Shown: positions 1 to 10,148, counted from the first letter of the stretch. The stretch is 56,584 nucleotides of DNA from Syntrophus aciditrophicus (GCA_020722315.1 DYLD01000002.1:1-56584); one strand, 5' to 3'. Notes: generated by a model not told the origin, from the sequence alone. A program made the numbers and translations.

Positions 1-351
1 GAGACATTCTGACAATTCCCATCCGATTTGTTTTCGGTATGTCAGAAAGGTATGGCCTCACTTTGTAACCACCCCGTCCGGATGGGAATATCTCTTGGAT
101 GTATGAGCAAGGCTGTTTTCATTGACACCATAATCGAAATACGATACGGGATCAAACACGGTTTGGAAGACAGGCGATCTTTTTTGCAGACGCTGAGTCC
201 TGAAGGCCGTTTGTTTTTGCCGGTGTGAATTGTTGTACTTTGGGCGGCATCGCCTGGATCTCCAGTTATGGTTGACCGGGACGAATAGGCAATGTAGCGG
301 TTGTTCTGTTTCCGTAAACATAAACTGGCTTGGATGATTTGATTCATGAGG

Positions 352-381
352 GTCCTTCGGCGCTGCCGGAGGACTTTTTTT
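352..381 (+). terminator. Intrinsic-terminator-like hairpin just upstream of panB (terminator of an upstream RNA or a leader attenuator)
   Basis: GTCCTTCGGC (352-361) pairs with GCCGGAGGAC (365-374) with one G-U pair and a 3-nt loop, followed by T7 (375-381). The panB SD GGGAGGA is at 384-390 and the ATG at 395. Confidence 0.6.
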
Positions 382-394
382 ATGGGAGGAAGAC

Positions 395-1210
395 ATGGAA
401 CGAAAGAAGGTAACGATTGCGGATCTGCAAAAAAAGAAACAGGAAGGCAAAAAGATCACGATGATGACGGCCTACGATTATCCCACCGCAACCCTGGTGG
501 ATCAGGCGGGGATCGATACGATCCTTGTCGGCGATTCGTTGGGTATGGTTATGCTGGGATACGATTCAACCGTTCCCGTTACGATGGACGAGATGATCCA
601 CCATTGCAAGGCGGTCAGCCGGGGGGCGAAGGGAAGCTTTATTATAGGCGATATGCCTTTTCTGTCCTACCAGGTCAGCATAGAAAAGGCCGTCGAAAAC
701 GCGGGACGGTTCATCAAGGAAGCTTTCTGCGACGGCGTAAAGCTCGAAGGGGGCAGCGATATGGCCGACGTGGTCAAAGCCATTGTCAAAGCCGGCATAC
801 CCGTCTGCGCGCATATAGGTCTCACGCCCCAGACGGCGACGATGCTGAGCGGCTTCAAGGTGCAGGGCAAGGATGCCGAGAGCGCCAGGGAGCTTGTGAA
901 GTCGGCGAAAGACCTCGAGAAGGCGGGGGCGTTCATGATCGTGATGGAATGCATCCCGGATCTGTTGGCCGCCCAGATAACCCGAGAGCTGAAGATACCA
1001 ACGATCGGCATCGGCGCGGGAAAGGACTGTGACGGGCAGGTTCTGGTCTACCACGATCTGGTTGGTCTTTTTGAGAGATTTACGCCCAAGTTCGTCAAAC
1101 AGTACATCAACCTGTCCCCGAAGATCAAAAAGGCCTTGGCACAGTATAAAAGGGAGGTTGAGGAAGGGACATTCCCCGGTCCCGAGCATACGTTCACGAT
1201 GAAAAAATAG
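395..1210 (+). CDS. panB: 3-methyl-2-oxobutanoate hydroxymethyltransferase (ketopantoate hydroxymethyltransferase)
   Basis: 271-aa ORF with MTAYDYPTA and VGDSLGMV motifs typical of PanB. Strong SD. Followed by panE. Confidence 0.95.
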   Translation: MERKKVTIADLQKKKQEGKKITMMTAYDYPTATLVDQAGIDTILVGDSLGMVMLGYDSTVPVTMDEMIHHCKAVSRGAKGSFIIGDMPFLSYQVSIEKAVENAGRFIKEAFCDGVKLEGGSDMADVVKAIVKAGIPVCAHIGLTPQTATMLSGFKVQGKDAESARELVKSAKDLEKAGAFMIVMECIPDLLAAQITRELKIPTIGIGAGKDCDGQVLVYHDLVGLFERFTPKFVKQYINLSPKIKKALAQYKREVEEGTFPGPEHTFTMKK

Positions 1211-1297
1211 AAAGAAGGAATCTATCCTCCGGTCGTCGCTTGCCTTGTGTCGTTGTGTTTGGGGCAAACACAGAGAAAAATCTATCGGGAGAAAAAA

Positions 1298-2227
1298 ATG
1301 AAGATTCTGGTTGTGGGTCCGGGCGCGATGGGTTGTCTTTTTGCGTCCCGTTTGCAGAAGGCCGGTTACATGGTAGCGCTTTTGGATTACAGCAAAGAAA
1401 GGGCCGAGCGGATCAATGCGCAGGGGATCATCGTTGAAGACGTCACGGGCGAATATAACGTGAAGGTGCCCGTATTGAGCGGGGAGCTTTCCTCGCCCCC
1501 GGATCTGGTGCTGATCTGTGTCAAATCATACAAGACACGCGAAGCGGGGCAGGCCATCGAGCCGTGGGTTCCCCCGCAGACAACGATCCTCTCTTTGCAG
1601 AACGGTGTGGGGAATATTGAAATATTGCAGGAAATATTCGGGAGCGAGAGGGTTCTAGGGGGCGTCACGGCGGAAGGCGCGACGCTCCTCGGAACGGGTA
1701 AGATCAGGCATGCAGGCCAGGGAGAAACGATCATAGGGCCCAAGAAGGGTTTTGAAGGCACGGTTGAGAAAATAATTGCGGCCTTCAACGGGGCGGGTTT
1801 CAAAACCCGATCGGTGAATAATGTCGACGATCTGATCTGGGGAAAGCTGATCATTAATGTCGGGATCAATGCGCTGACCGCAATCACAAGATTAAAGAAC
1901 GGACGCCTTCCCTATATAAGCGGCACCCGCCTGATTCTGGAAGAGGCCGTAAAGGAAGCTGTCTCCGTCGCGCGGGCGAAAAACATACAACTGCCCTACG
2001 CCGACCCGGTGGGTCGGGTTTTGGAGGTATGCGAGGCGACCGCGGAGAACATCGCCTCGATGTTGCAGGATGTCCTCAAACGAAAGCTCACCGAGATCGA
2101 TTTCATCAACGGCGCGATTGTGCGGGAGGGGAAATCGCTGGGTATTCCGACCCCTGTTAATTTCGTCCTGACTTCGCTGGTGCAGGCCGTTCAGGAAACC
2201 TACACCCAGAGGATTCAGGAGGGATAG
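1298..2227 (+). CDS. panE: 2-dehydropantoate 2-reductase (ApbA/PanE family)
   Basis: Rossmann N-terminus MKILVVGPGAMGCLFA at the internal ATG 1298 (the ORF track starts at 1247). ApbA/PanE-like length. Adjacent to panB. Confidence 0.85.
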   Translation: MKILVVGPGAMGCLFASRLQKAGYMVALLDYSKERAERINAQGIIVEDVTGEYNVKVPVLSGELSSPPDLVLICVKSYKTREAGQAIEPWVPPQTTILSLQNGVGNIEILQEIFGSERVLGGVTAEGATLLGTGKIRHAGQGETIIGPKKGFEGTVEKIIAAFNGAGFKTRSVNNVDDLIWGKLIINVGINALTAITRLKNGRLPYISGTRLILEEAVKEAVSVARAKNIQLPYADPVGRVLEVCEATAENIASMLQDVLKRKLTEIDFINGAIVREGKSLGIPTPVNFVLTSLVQAVQETYTQRIQEG

Positions 2228-2241
2228 GGAACATTGTTCCC
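2227..2241. terminator. Short hairpin between convergent panE and antiporter genes (possible bidirectional terminator)
   Basis: GGGAAC-att-GTTCCC: 6-bp stem, no U-tract. Lies in the 44-nt gap between convergent stop codons. Confidence 0.25.
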
Positions 2242-2271
2242 ATAGTGCAGACGCATATGTCGCCGCCTGAT

Positions 2272-3474
2272 TTAGAGCTTGTTTGCGATATCCCTTTCGT
2301 CGGGAATTTGGTCATCCAGGAGCGGTTTTTCCAGCAGATGGCTCGGCAGAAAGAACCTGTTTGCGATCAGTGTCGGTATAACGGCACTGGCAATGACTGC
2401 GCCGACGATAAACGAATACTGTTTTTGGCTGATGATGTTGTTGGTTAAGCCGTAAAGCGCGGAGATTGTCCCGAACGTCAGGCCTGTGGACATCAAAAGC
2501 ATATAATACCATTGCTCTTTTCTGTTTTCCCGAAATCGGTTGATGGCTGGATAGAGACCCGATATCTTCGTAACCATTTTGCCGCCGAAGAGAACGAGAA
2601 ACGTAAACGGCGCAGCAACGAGGGCCGGGATGGAGACAAGGGCTCCGGCCCTGAGAAAATACAGAGGGGTCAAAAAGCCGATCGTTAATGTCCTGAGCCT
2701 CCGAACAAAATGATTATCCCGTTCCATCGTTTTTGCCAAGACCATTCCGAAGACATAAGCAGGCAGTACCGGTTCGCTTCCCGACCACAAAGCCAGGACG
2801 CCCGTCGACAGCAGCAGGGAAAGCACCCACTTGGTTCGAATGGCGGCGGTTTTGTAGGCGTAATGCCGGATGATGAAATCCGTCATCGGGCTCAATGTGA
2901 AAATCAGAAGAACCGTTACCGCAACAAATAGAAGGGTCTTGTATGTAAAAGGTGCGAAGACAAGACCCAGCGCAATCACCGTGCCCAGATCGTTGATGAA
3001 GCACGCGCCCAAAATCCCTTTGCCGAAATCTGTTTTGTTGAATCCGTATTCGAGCATGACGGCATAGACGACCGCCATCGAGGTTGTCGACAACGCAATC
3101 CCGGAGAGCAAACTTGCGTTGAGGTTCCAGCCCACAACGTGATATGAAAGGAGAAAGCAGCCGATGAACGGCGCGAAAAACCCGATCAATCCGATAACAG
3201 ACACCTCCTTGAGTTTGGATTTCATGACGTCGGGATTGAGCTCTGCTCCCGCAAGAAACGTCAACAACATCGCACCGAGACCTGTACAGAATCTCATCCA
3301 ATCCGCATTCAGGGATAATGTATCAAAGTGGTTTAATCGGAAGGCGGCAAAGCCGATGATCGTGCCGACGATGATCTCCATCAGCGCGATAGAGATTTTC
3401 AAACGGTTGGCGAAGGCGGTGGACACAACGGCGGCGAAGAACCAGAATGCCGCGACAAGATAGATCGTTTGCAT
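2272..3474 (-). CDS. Cation:proton antiporter (Na+/H+ exchanger, CPA family) membrane protein
   Basis: 400-aa highly hydrophobic multi-TM protein resembling the Kef/NapA-type exchanger core. No soluble domain. Confidence 0.8.
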   Translation of the reverse strand: MQTIYLVAAFWFFAAVVSTAFANRLKISIALMEIIVGTIIGFAAFRLNHFDTLSLNADWMRFCTGLGAMLLTFLAGAELNPDVMKSKLKEVSVIGLIGFFAPFIGCFLLSYHVVGWNLNASLLSGIALSTTSMAVVYAVMLEYGFNKTDFGKGILGACFINDLGTVIALGLVFAPFTYKTLLFVAVTVLLIFTLSPMTDFIIRHYAYKTAAIRTKWVLSLLLSTGVLALWSGSEPVLPAYVFGMVLAKTMERDNHFVRRLRTLTIGFLTPLYFLRAGALVSIPALVAAPFTFLVLFGGKMVTKISGLYPAINRFRENRKEQWYYMLLMSTGLTFGTISALYGLTNNIISQKQYSFIVGAVIASAVIPTLIANRFFLPSHLLEKPLLDDQIPDERDIANKL

Positions 3475-3605
3475 GCGATAACTCCTTTCGGTATTTTGCA
3501 GGAGTTATCAGCATGAAAGCGGTTAAAGGCGAACTCCATCACCTGGATGATAAAAACAACGCAATCTTCACGACGCGCTTCATGAAACAAATTCCCGTTA
3601 TTTTG

Positions 3606-4457
3606 TCAAGAAGGAACTGCAAATAATGAATAAAGAAGTTTGATCTCCTTTGCCCATTTTTTGCTGTCCGGCGTTTCGAGGATCAGCGGAATATTGTCGA
3701 AACGCCTGTCATTCATGATCAGTCTGAACGGTTCCATTCCCAGCTTGCCTTTTCCGAGCGGTGCATGGCGGTCAACGCGGCTACCTAGGTCCGTTTTCGA
3801 GTCGTTCAGGTGCATGCCGCTGAGATAGCCGAAGCCTATGATCCTGTCGAAGGATGCAAAAACCTCGGTGAACGACTCCGAGGTTCTCAGATCATAGCCG
3901 GCGGCGAACGCGTGGGCTGTGTCTATGCAGACTCCGATTCTTTTTTTGTTTTCAACCAGCGCAATGATCCGGGCGATCTGCTCGAAACTGCACCCAAGAT
4001 TTGTCCCCTGTCCGGCGGTGTTTTCGATAACGACGGTCACCCTTTTTGTCTTATCAAGTGCGATGTTGATCGATTCGGCGATGGTTTCTAGTGTTGCGTC
4101 TTCCGACGAAGCACGAAGATGACTTCCCGGATGGAAGTTCAAAAGCCCGATGCCGAGTTTTTCGCAGAGTTGAAGCTCCTTGATAAAGGCCATGCGTGAC
4201 CTGGTCAGTTCCCCGGCTTCAGGGTGGCCCAGGTTGATCAGGTAACTGTCATGCGCGAGAATATGTTCCGGCAAAAAGCCGTTGGCATGGCAATTTTTCC
4301 TGAAGAGGCGAATCTCTTCCTCGGTCGGCTCTTTTGCATTCCACTGCCGTTGATTCCGTGTAAACAGTGCAAAGGCCTTGGCGTTGATTTTTGCCGCGTT
4401 CAACGGGGCGTTATGAATTCCGCCTGCCGCCGAAACATGGGCGCCTACGTATTTCAT
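3606..4457 (-). CDS. nfo: Deoxyribonuclease IV (endonuclease IV)
   Basis: [35 protein letters not shown] and HLNDSK motifs. Start set at the second ATG (4457), which has AAGGAA upstream; the ORF-track ATG at 4478 has no SD. Confidence 0.9.
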   Translation of the reverse strand: MKYVGAHVSAAGGIHNAPLNAAKINAKAFALFTRNQRQWNAKEPTEEEIRLFRKNCHANGFLPEHILAHDSYLINLGHPEAGELTRSRMAFIKELQLCEKLGIGLLNFHPGSHLRASSEDATLETIAESINIALDKTKRVTVVIENTAGQGTNLGCSFEQIARIIALVENKKRIGVCIDTAHAFAAGYDLRTSESFTEVFASFDRIIGFGYLSGMHLNDSKTDLGSRVDRHAPLGKGKLGMEPFRLIMNDRRFDNIPLILETPDSKKWAKEIKLLYSLFAVPS

Positions 4458-4517
4458 TTCTTTCCTTTGAAGTTTCATTTGACATACTTATTTTATTATA
4501 TCACAATTCTTACAATG

Positions 4518-4629
4518 GAGGTTTGCACAACTGTATAAAAATGGTGGCTGACGAAGGATTTTAAAGGTTTTTTGGGGGTCAAAAAAGATTTCTTAGGACC
4601 ACGAAGGGGGATTGGCAAAGAATTCTTTC
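4518..4629 (-). repeat. MITE-like foldback repeat, short (internally deleted) copy I
   Basis: Aligns by eye along its length with the reverse complement of copy F (19003-19111): GAGGTTTGCACAACTG...ATTTTAAAGGTTTTTTGGGG...AAAAAGATTTC...CGAAGG. Intergenic, 60 nt upstream of the nfo start. Confidence 0.7.
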
Positions 4630-4913
4630 GCTTGCGAAGGGATGCCTCAACTGCGGCTTCTTCTGAGGGAGGTGGAATTTTTATTCGTATCCGAAATGGA
4701 TATACCAGATTCCCTATGCCGATTGGGTGCATATCTTTGAGATGCCGCTTGCCGGCTATCTTGGCTATATCCCCTTTTCGCTCGAGCTTTTTGCGCTGTA
4801 CCATTTTTTGACATGGCCGTTCAGAAAAAAAGGATAGCAGTGAAATTCTTCCGGAATAACTTCGTTCTTTTTTTGGCAATTTTTTTTCACTAAAGCAGGG
4901 GAGATGTTCAATC

Positions 4914-5999
4914 ATGGATAAACAGATTCTGTATGCGGTGATCATGGCAGGTGGCAAAGGAACGCGTTTCTGGCCGAGGAGCAGGGAGAGGATGCCCAAA
5001 CATCTTCTCGATATCGAAGGGGAAAAGTCATTGCTCAGGCAGACGGTCGATAGAATCAGACCGCTTGTTTTGCCGGAGCGCACGATCGTCGTGACGGGCA
5101 GAAGTCACGCCGAAGAAGTTCTCCGTGATTTGCCCGACATTCCAGAGGCCAATATCTTGATCGAGCCGGAGGGTAGAAATACCGCTGCATGCATCGGCCT
5201 GGCAGCTCTCGCTATACAGGCACGGGGAACCGATGCGGTCATGCTTGTTCTGCCCTCCGATCACCGGATCGCAAACGAAAAGAGGTTTTGCCAGGTTTTA
5301 CAAGAAGCGGCCGAGATGGCAGAGTCGGGACAATTTCTTGTGACGATAGGGATCAAGCCTACCGGGCCTGAAACCGGCTTTGGATATCTCGAGCAGGGCG
5401 ATATTGTCCGGATGAAAGGTGATTTGCAGATCCGCCGCGTGAAATCGATACGCGAAAAGCCGGATATTGCCCGGGCCCGGGAATTTTTCGAAAGAGGAGG
5501 ATTTCTCTGGAATAGCGGAATGTTCATCTGGAGGACCTCGACGATCCTTGAGCAGATCAAACGTTTTCTTCCCGATCTCTACGAAGGGCTTCTTAAGATC
5601 AAAGAGGCCCTCGGTACCAAACGTGCGGGTCGTGTGATCGAAAACGTCTACCCGCTTTTGCCGTCGATATCGATTGATTACGGGGTCATGGAAAAGGCGG
5701 AGGATGTTCTTGTCGTTCCGGGTGATTTCGGATGGTCGGATCTCGGCAGCTGGGATTCTCTCTGGGAGGTTTCCGAAAAGGACGAAAACGGGAATGCCGT
5801 CCGCGGCCGTTTTATCGGCTTCGATGTCCGTAATTCGATGGTTTACAGCCCGAAAAAGTTCGTGGCGGTAATCGGAATCGACGATGTCTTCGTTGTTGAA
5901 ACCGACGACGCGCTGTTGATCTGCCGCCGCGGCCGTTCTCAGGACGTCCGCCGGGTTGTCGAAAAGATTGAGAAAGAGGGTTGGAACGAATACCTTTAG
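4914..5999 (+). CDS. manC: Mannose-1-phosphate guanylyltransferase (no PMI domain)
   Basis: N-terminal VIMAGGKGTRFWPRSR nucleotidyltransferase motif. 361 aa, ManC/CpsB-like. Confidence 0.85.
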   Translation: MDKQILYAVIMAGGKGTRFWPRSRERMPKHLLDIEGEKSLLRQTVDRIRPLVLPERTIVVTGRSHAEEVLRDLPDIPEANILIEPEGRNTAACIGLAALAIQARGTDAVMLVLPSDHRIANEKRFCQVLQEAAEMAESGQFLVTIGIKPTGPETGFGYLEQGDIVRMKGDLQIRRVKSIREKPDIARAREFFERGGFLWNSGMFIWRTSTILEQIKRFLPDLYEGLLKIKEALGTKRAGRVIENVYPLLPSISIDYGVMEKAEDVLVVPGDFGWSDLGSWDSLWEVSEKDENGNAVRGRFIGFDVRNSMVYSPKKFVAVIGIDDVFVVETDDALLICRRGRSQDVRRVVEKIEKEGWNEYL

Positions 6000-6014
6000 G
6001 CTTTTTCTTTCTAA

Positions 6015-6917
6015 TCAGGGTTTCTCCAGGTAGCCGAATTCCTTCAACAGCTTCGGATCGTTCGTCCAGTCTTTGGCGACGCGGACGAACAGTTTCAGAA
6101 AGACCTTGGTTGCAAAAAAGCTCTCCAGATCATGGCGGGCTTTTGTCCCTATCTCCTTGAGCATCATGCCGCCCTTGCCGATGATGATCCCCTTTTGTGA
6201 ATCCTTCTCAACGTTTATCGTGGCCGAGATTGAAAGGAGACCCTTTGCCGCATCTTCCTTGAAGCTATCGACAACAACGGCGGTCACATACGGGATTTCC
6301 TGGTGCAGCCGGGATGTGATCTTCTCCCGGATAATTTCCGCGGCGATAAAGCGCTCGCTGCGGTCAGTCAGCGTCTCTTCGGAAAAATATTGGGGCCCCT
6401 CGGGGAGAAGTTTCCATATCTCATCGAGCAGTCGCTCGATGCCGAATCTTTTCCGCGCGGATATCGGGATAATTTCGCTGAACGGATAATGAATACGAAA
6501 GGCGTCGATAAGCGGAAGAAGAAGTTTTTTATCGACAAGGTCTATTTTATTGATGACCAGAATGACTTTATGTGAAGAACCCCTGAGAGATTCGATGATA
6601 AACAGATCGTCCTTGTGGGGGGTTTTCCTGGCCTCGACGAGAAGCAACAGCATATCCACACCGCCGATCGTTGCCTCTGCCGCCTCGACCATTGCCCTGT
6701 TCATCAGTGATTTTGCGTTGTGGATACCCGGTGTGTCGATAAACACCATTTGACCGGGTGTCGGGTTCCCAACGTTTTTGATCGCCATGATCCTGTTTCG
6801 TGTCGTCTGTGGTTTGCGCGTTGTTATCGCGATTTTCTCCCCGACGATCTCGTTTAAAAGTGTGGACTTGCCGACGTTCGGCCTGCCGACAATACCTATA
6901 AAACCTGATTTGAACAT
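6015..6917 (-). CDS. era: GTPase Era
   Basis: GRPNVGKSTLLN, DTPG and NKID G-motifs plus a C-terminal KH domain. Sits downstream of rnc. Confidence 0.95.
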   Translation of the reverse strand: MFKSGFIGIVGRPNVGKSTLLNEIVGEKIAITTRKPQTTRNRIMAIKNVGNPTPGQMVFIDTPGIHNAKSLMNRAMVEAAEATIGGVDMLLLLVEARKTPHKDDLFIIESLRGSSHKVILVINKIDLVDKKLLLPLIDAFRIHYPFSEIIPISARKRFGIERLLDEIWKLLPEGPQYFSEETLTDRSERFIAAEIIREKITSRLHQEIPYVTAVVVDSFKEDAAKGLLSISATINVEKDSQKGIIIGKGGMMLKEIGTKARHDLESFFATKVFLKLFVRVAKDWTNDPKLLKEFGYLEKP

Positions 6918-6923
6918 GTTTTT

Positions 6924-7994
6924 CTACCTGCGGGTGGTTTTACTGATGTTGGTTCGTCCGGTAAAATCCGTCGTAAATTTGGTTTGCCCGTCCGACAGCG
7001 CGAGGCTTCCCCTCGGCAGCGACGGATCCATTGCAAGACGAATATTTTTCAGTCCTGAATGCTCTTTTAGGACAGTGATGTTTTGTTTGCTGGGCCCCCG
7101 GAAGTTCGAAATATCTTTTGGGGGGACAAACCATTTGACGTTTTGGATGCTGCCGGTAAATGCATGAAGTAGCTCTTCGGCCATATCGAGATAGATGCCC
7201 CCTTCGACGACTGATCTGAATGCCGGATGGAACGGGCCGGCGACAACGGCACCTGGTTCCTCCAGTTCTTTTGTTGTCTGCAAGCCGAGACGTATTACCG
7301 GGATACCGGCATTTGCCAGTTTTCTTAGAGCCTCTTTACAGATGTCCGTCGCCTCGGCGAGGCTCAGCGGCCTGTATCTCCCTTCTCTGAAGTCTTTTGC
7401 CAGTACGGTATCCTTAAGGACTATTGTCGGGTGTATTCTGACCGTATCGGGCCGAAGTTCGATAGTTTTTTGGATAGTCCGGGCAAACCCCTCCGGGGTG
7501 TCGCCGGGAAGCCCGACCATCAGATGAATCCCTGTAACGAATCCTTTTTCTTTCAGTATCCGGATCGCACGCACATTATCCTGCACGGTGTGCCCCCGTT
7601 TCGACAGCAGTAAAACACCGTCGTCGAAAGATTGCACCCCTACCTCGATCGTCGATATTCCTGATTTCTTTAGAAAGTCGAGGTTCTCTTCGTTGATCTC
7701 GTCCGGGCGGGTCGAAATCCGGATGCTTTCAACAGTGCCGTCTGCGAGAAAGGGGACGGCAAGATGCAAGAGTCGCCTTTGTTCTTCCGTTTTTATCGCG
7801 GTGAATGTTCCCCCGTAAAACGCGATTTGCACAGGTCCCGGTTTTCGCGAAGTCTTTTCTAGATGGGAGCGAATTGTTTCTGCGAATACCTGATCTGTGA
7901 TCCGTTCGGGATAGTCTCCCGCAGTCAGATGCTCGTTACAGTATATGCAGCGGTGACGGCATCCCTGGTTCATAAGAAAAATCGGGATAATCAT
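6924..7994 (-). CDS. Radical SAM protein, Elp3-like family
   Basis: CRHRCIYCN (CxxxCxxC) near the N-terminus. 356 aa with Elp3/MiaB/NifB-type core. Tightly packed between rnc and era. Confidence 0.8.
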   Translation of the reverse strand: MIIPIFLMNQGCRHRCIYCNEHLTAGDYPERITDQVFAETIRSHLEKTSRKPGPVQIAFYGGTFTAIKTEEQRRLLHLAVPFLADGTVESIRISTRPDEINEENLDFLKKSGISTIEVGVQSFDDGVLLLSKRGHTVQDNVRAIRILKEKGFVTGIHLMVGLPGDTPEGFARTIQKTIELRPDTVRIHPTIVLKDTVLAKDFREGRYRPLSLAEATDICKEALRKLANAGIPVIRLGLQTTKELEEPGAVVAGPFHPAFRSVVEGGIYLDMAEELLHAFTGSIQNVKWFVPPKDISNFRGPSKQNITVLKEHSGLKNIRLAMDPSLPRGSLALSDGQTKFTTDFTGRTNISKTTRR

Positions 7995-7995
7995 T

Positions 7996-8751
7996 TCAAT
8001 CTGTTTTGTTCTCCCCTTCGCGACTCTCTTCGTGTTTGCCGAGGATTTCGATAGCGAGGCGGGCTGCCTGCTTCTCTGATTCTTTTTTACTCTTTCCCTT
8101 TCCTGTTGCTATAAGACGATCCCCGATAAAAAGGCCTGTTTCGAAGGATTTGTCGTGATCCGGACCAGTCTCGGAAATCAGGGTATAGCGGGGCATTGTT
8201 TTGAACAGCAGCATGCTTTTTTCCTGAACCGCGGTTTTAAAATCGTAATAGGTAAAGTCGTAATTCGCTTGTTCGATAAAAGGTGCAAAGAGCTCCAACA
8301 GAATGGTGCGTGTGTATTCAAATCCTCTATCGAGATACATCGCGGCGATGACCGATTCAAACGCGTCGGCCAGAAGAGATGGTTTATTCCTTCCTCCGGA
8401 CGTTTCTTCCCCTTTCCCGAGCATCAGATAATCGCCGATACCGTATCTGCGGGAAAGATCGGCAAGTGACTGTTCGTTAACAATGGAGGCGCGCAGCTTC
8501 GAGAGTTGCCCTTCCGTATAGTCCGGGAACCTTTTCATAAGCAGGTCGCTGATAATCAACTGCAGGACGGCATCGCCGAGGAACTCCAGTTTTTCATTGT
8601 CGGCTATCGACAGGGCGGCTTTTTCATTAGCGTAAGAACGGTGGGTCAGGGCCTTGTCGAGGAGGGTTTTGTCGTTGAAGTCACAGCCAAGTTTTTTCTC
8701 CAGAGCGGTGATTTGATGCAATCTATCCTCTGTCATCACATTTTCCTTCAA
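7996..8751 (-). CDS. rnc: Ribonuclease III
   Basis: THRSYANE and EKLEFLGDAVL RNase III signature plus a C-terminal dsRBD. Confidence 0.95.
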   Translation of the reverse strand: MKENVMTEDRLHQITALEKKLGCDFNDKTLLDKALTHRSYANEKAALSIADNEKLEFLGDAVLQLIISDLLMKRFPDYTEGQLSKLRASIVNEQSLADLSRRYGIGDYLMLGKGEETSGGRNKPSLLADAFESVIAAMYLDRGFEYTRTILLELFAPFIEQANYDFTYYDFKTAVQEKSMLLFKTMPRYTLISETGPDHDKSFETGLFIGDRLIATGKGKSKKESEKQAARLAIEILGKHEESREGENKTD

Positions 8752-8813
8752 TTGTTCAGGTCAACGTTTGGCATAACTCTTCAATATCTTTAAAGAGGTT
8801 TCACTCGCGTTCT

Positions 8814-10148
8814 CTAAATGCATAATTTTGCAACCAGGCGCTCCCCATTGAAATGCTCAGGGATAACACATACAATGCTGTTCGGTTTTACGTCATCACC
8901 ATAAACTGCTATCGGAATATAATTATTAGAAAATCCTAACGGAAATCCAGTGGTTTTATCAATCCTTTTTTCTATAAGCACATCCATTCTTTTTCCGACG
9001 AATTGTTCTGCGAATTGATGCTGTTTGTTTTTCCCTATTTCTCTGAGGGATTGTACGCGAAGTTTTTTTTCGTTTTCCGGGACCTGGTGATCCATAGTTT
9101 CGGCGGGTGTTCCGGGACGTGGGGAGAACGGAAAGGCATGTAGATAGGCTATCGGCATCTCCTCAAGCAGAGCTGCTGTCTCGGCGAAGTCGCTGTCCAT
9201 CTCTCCGGGAAAGCCTGCCATGACATCGGTGCCGATTGCAATCCCCGGGATTGATTCGTGCAGTGTCATAACGAGATCGCGAAAAAACGCCGTTTCATAA
9301 GGCCGTCGCATCCTTTTCAGGATTTTATTGCTGCCGTTCTGCAACGGGATGTGGAGATGGCGACAGATCATATCCGATTCTTTGATATGGGAAATCATCT
9401 CTGTGGTGATCTCACACGGCTCTATCGAGCTGAGACGGATCCGTTCGACCGCCCGTTTTTCCTCTATCTTTTTGAGCAATGCGGTAAGATTATTGCGTGG
9501 ATGAAGATCGTGTCCCCAGACGCCGAGATGGATTCCTGTAAGGACAATTTCGCGGTAGCCGTTTGCGGAGAGTTGCTCGATTCGCTCTAGAATTGTCTCA
9601 TCCGAAAGGCTCCGACTGGTTCCCCTTGTGTACGGGATGATGCAGTAGCTGCAGAACGCATCGCAGCCGTCCTGAATTTTTAGAAATGCCCTTGTATTCT
9701 TGGAGAAGGTATCGGACCAGAGGCCTGAAATCGTTTTCTCCTCCCTGATGTTTTTGACAAGGATCGCTCTTTCATCTGCCCTGGGATTAGTCGCAATATC
9801 GGCAATCCTTTCCTTTTCGGTGTTTCCCAATACAGCTCCAACTCCGGCAATAGAACGTATTTCTTCGGGGGCCCGCTGTGCGTAACATCCTGTGACAATA
9901 ACCTTTGCGCCCGGATTTCTTCTGATGGCCCTGTGAATGAGCTGCCTGGATTGATAGTCTGTTTTTTTTGTTACTGTGCAGGTGTTGATGACATAGATAT
10001 CCGCAGGCTGCTTAAACGGCACTATGTTGATTCCGCGGGCCGATAATTCTTTGATTATCCCCTCGGATTCGCATTGGTTGACCTTACATCCGAGCGTCGC
10101 AACGGCCGCGGTTTTATCACCTATCTGTTTTATGATGCGAGGTATCAA
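8814..10148 (-). CDS. mtaB: tRNA t6A37 methylthiotransferase MtaB (MiaB-like radical SAM)
   Basis: TLGCKVNQCESE N-terminal domain, radical SAM CDAFCSYCIIP and a TRAM-like C-terminus. The start codon is TTG (10146-10148). Confidence 0.85.
   Translation of the reverse strand: MIPRIIKQIGDKTAAVATLGCKVNQCESEGIIKELSARGINIVPFKQPADIYVINTCTVTKKTDYQSRQLIHRAIRRNPGAKVIVTGCYAQRAPEEIRSIAGVGAVLGNTEKERIADIATNPRADERAILVKNIREEKTISGLWSDTFSKNTRAFLKIQDGCDAFCSYCIIPYTRGTSRSLSDETILERIEQLSANGYREIVLTGIHLGVWGHDLHPRNNLTALLKKIEEKRAVERIRLSSIEPCEITTEMISHIKESDMICRHLHIPLQNGSNKILKRMRRPYETAFFRDLVMTLHESIPGIAIGTDVMAGFPGEMDSDFAETAALLEEMPIAYLHAFPFSPRPGTPAETMDHQVPENEKKLRVQSLREIGKNKQHQFAEQFVGKRMDVLIEKRIDKTTGFPLGFSNNYIPIAVYGDDVKPNSIVCVIPEHFNGERLVAKLCI

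Noticed and set aside
42-459. Short ORFs (28-228 +, 42-347 -, 58-459 -) in the region upstream of panB
   Set aside because: They overlap one another, have no SD and no recognisable product, and one runs into panB. The region is treated as non-coding leader or RNA (see findings). Only 7 codons of a possible minus-strand gene starting at 22 are visible, too few to call.
346-1032. 228-aa alternative-frame ORF overlapping panB on the same strand
   Set aside because: It is an Arg/Gly-rich out-of-frame translation of panB. The panB frame has clear family motifs.
4496-5083. 195-aa minus-strand ORF spanning the nfo-manC intergenic region
   Set aside because: It runs through MITE copy I and into the manC 5' end. 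It has no SD and a low-complexity basic sequence.
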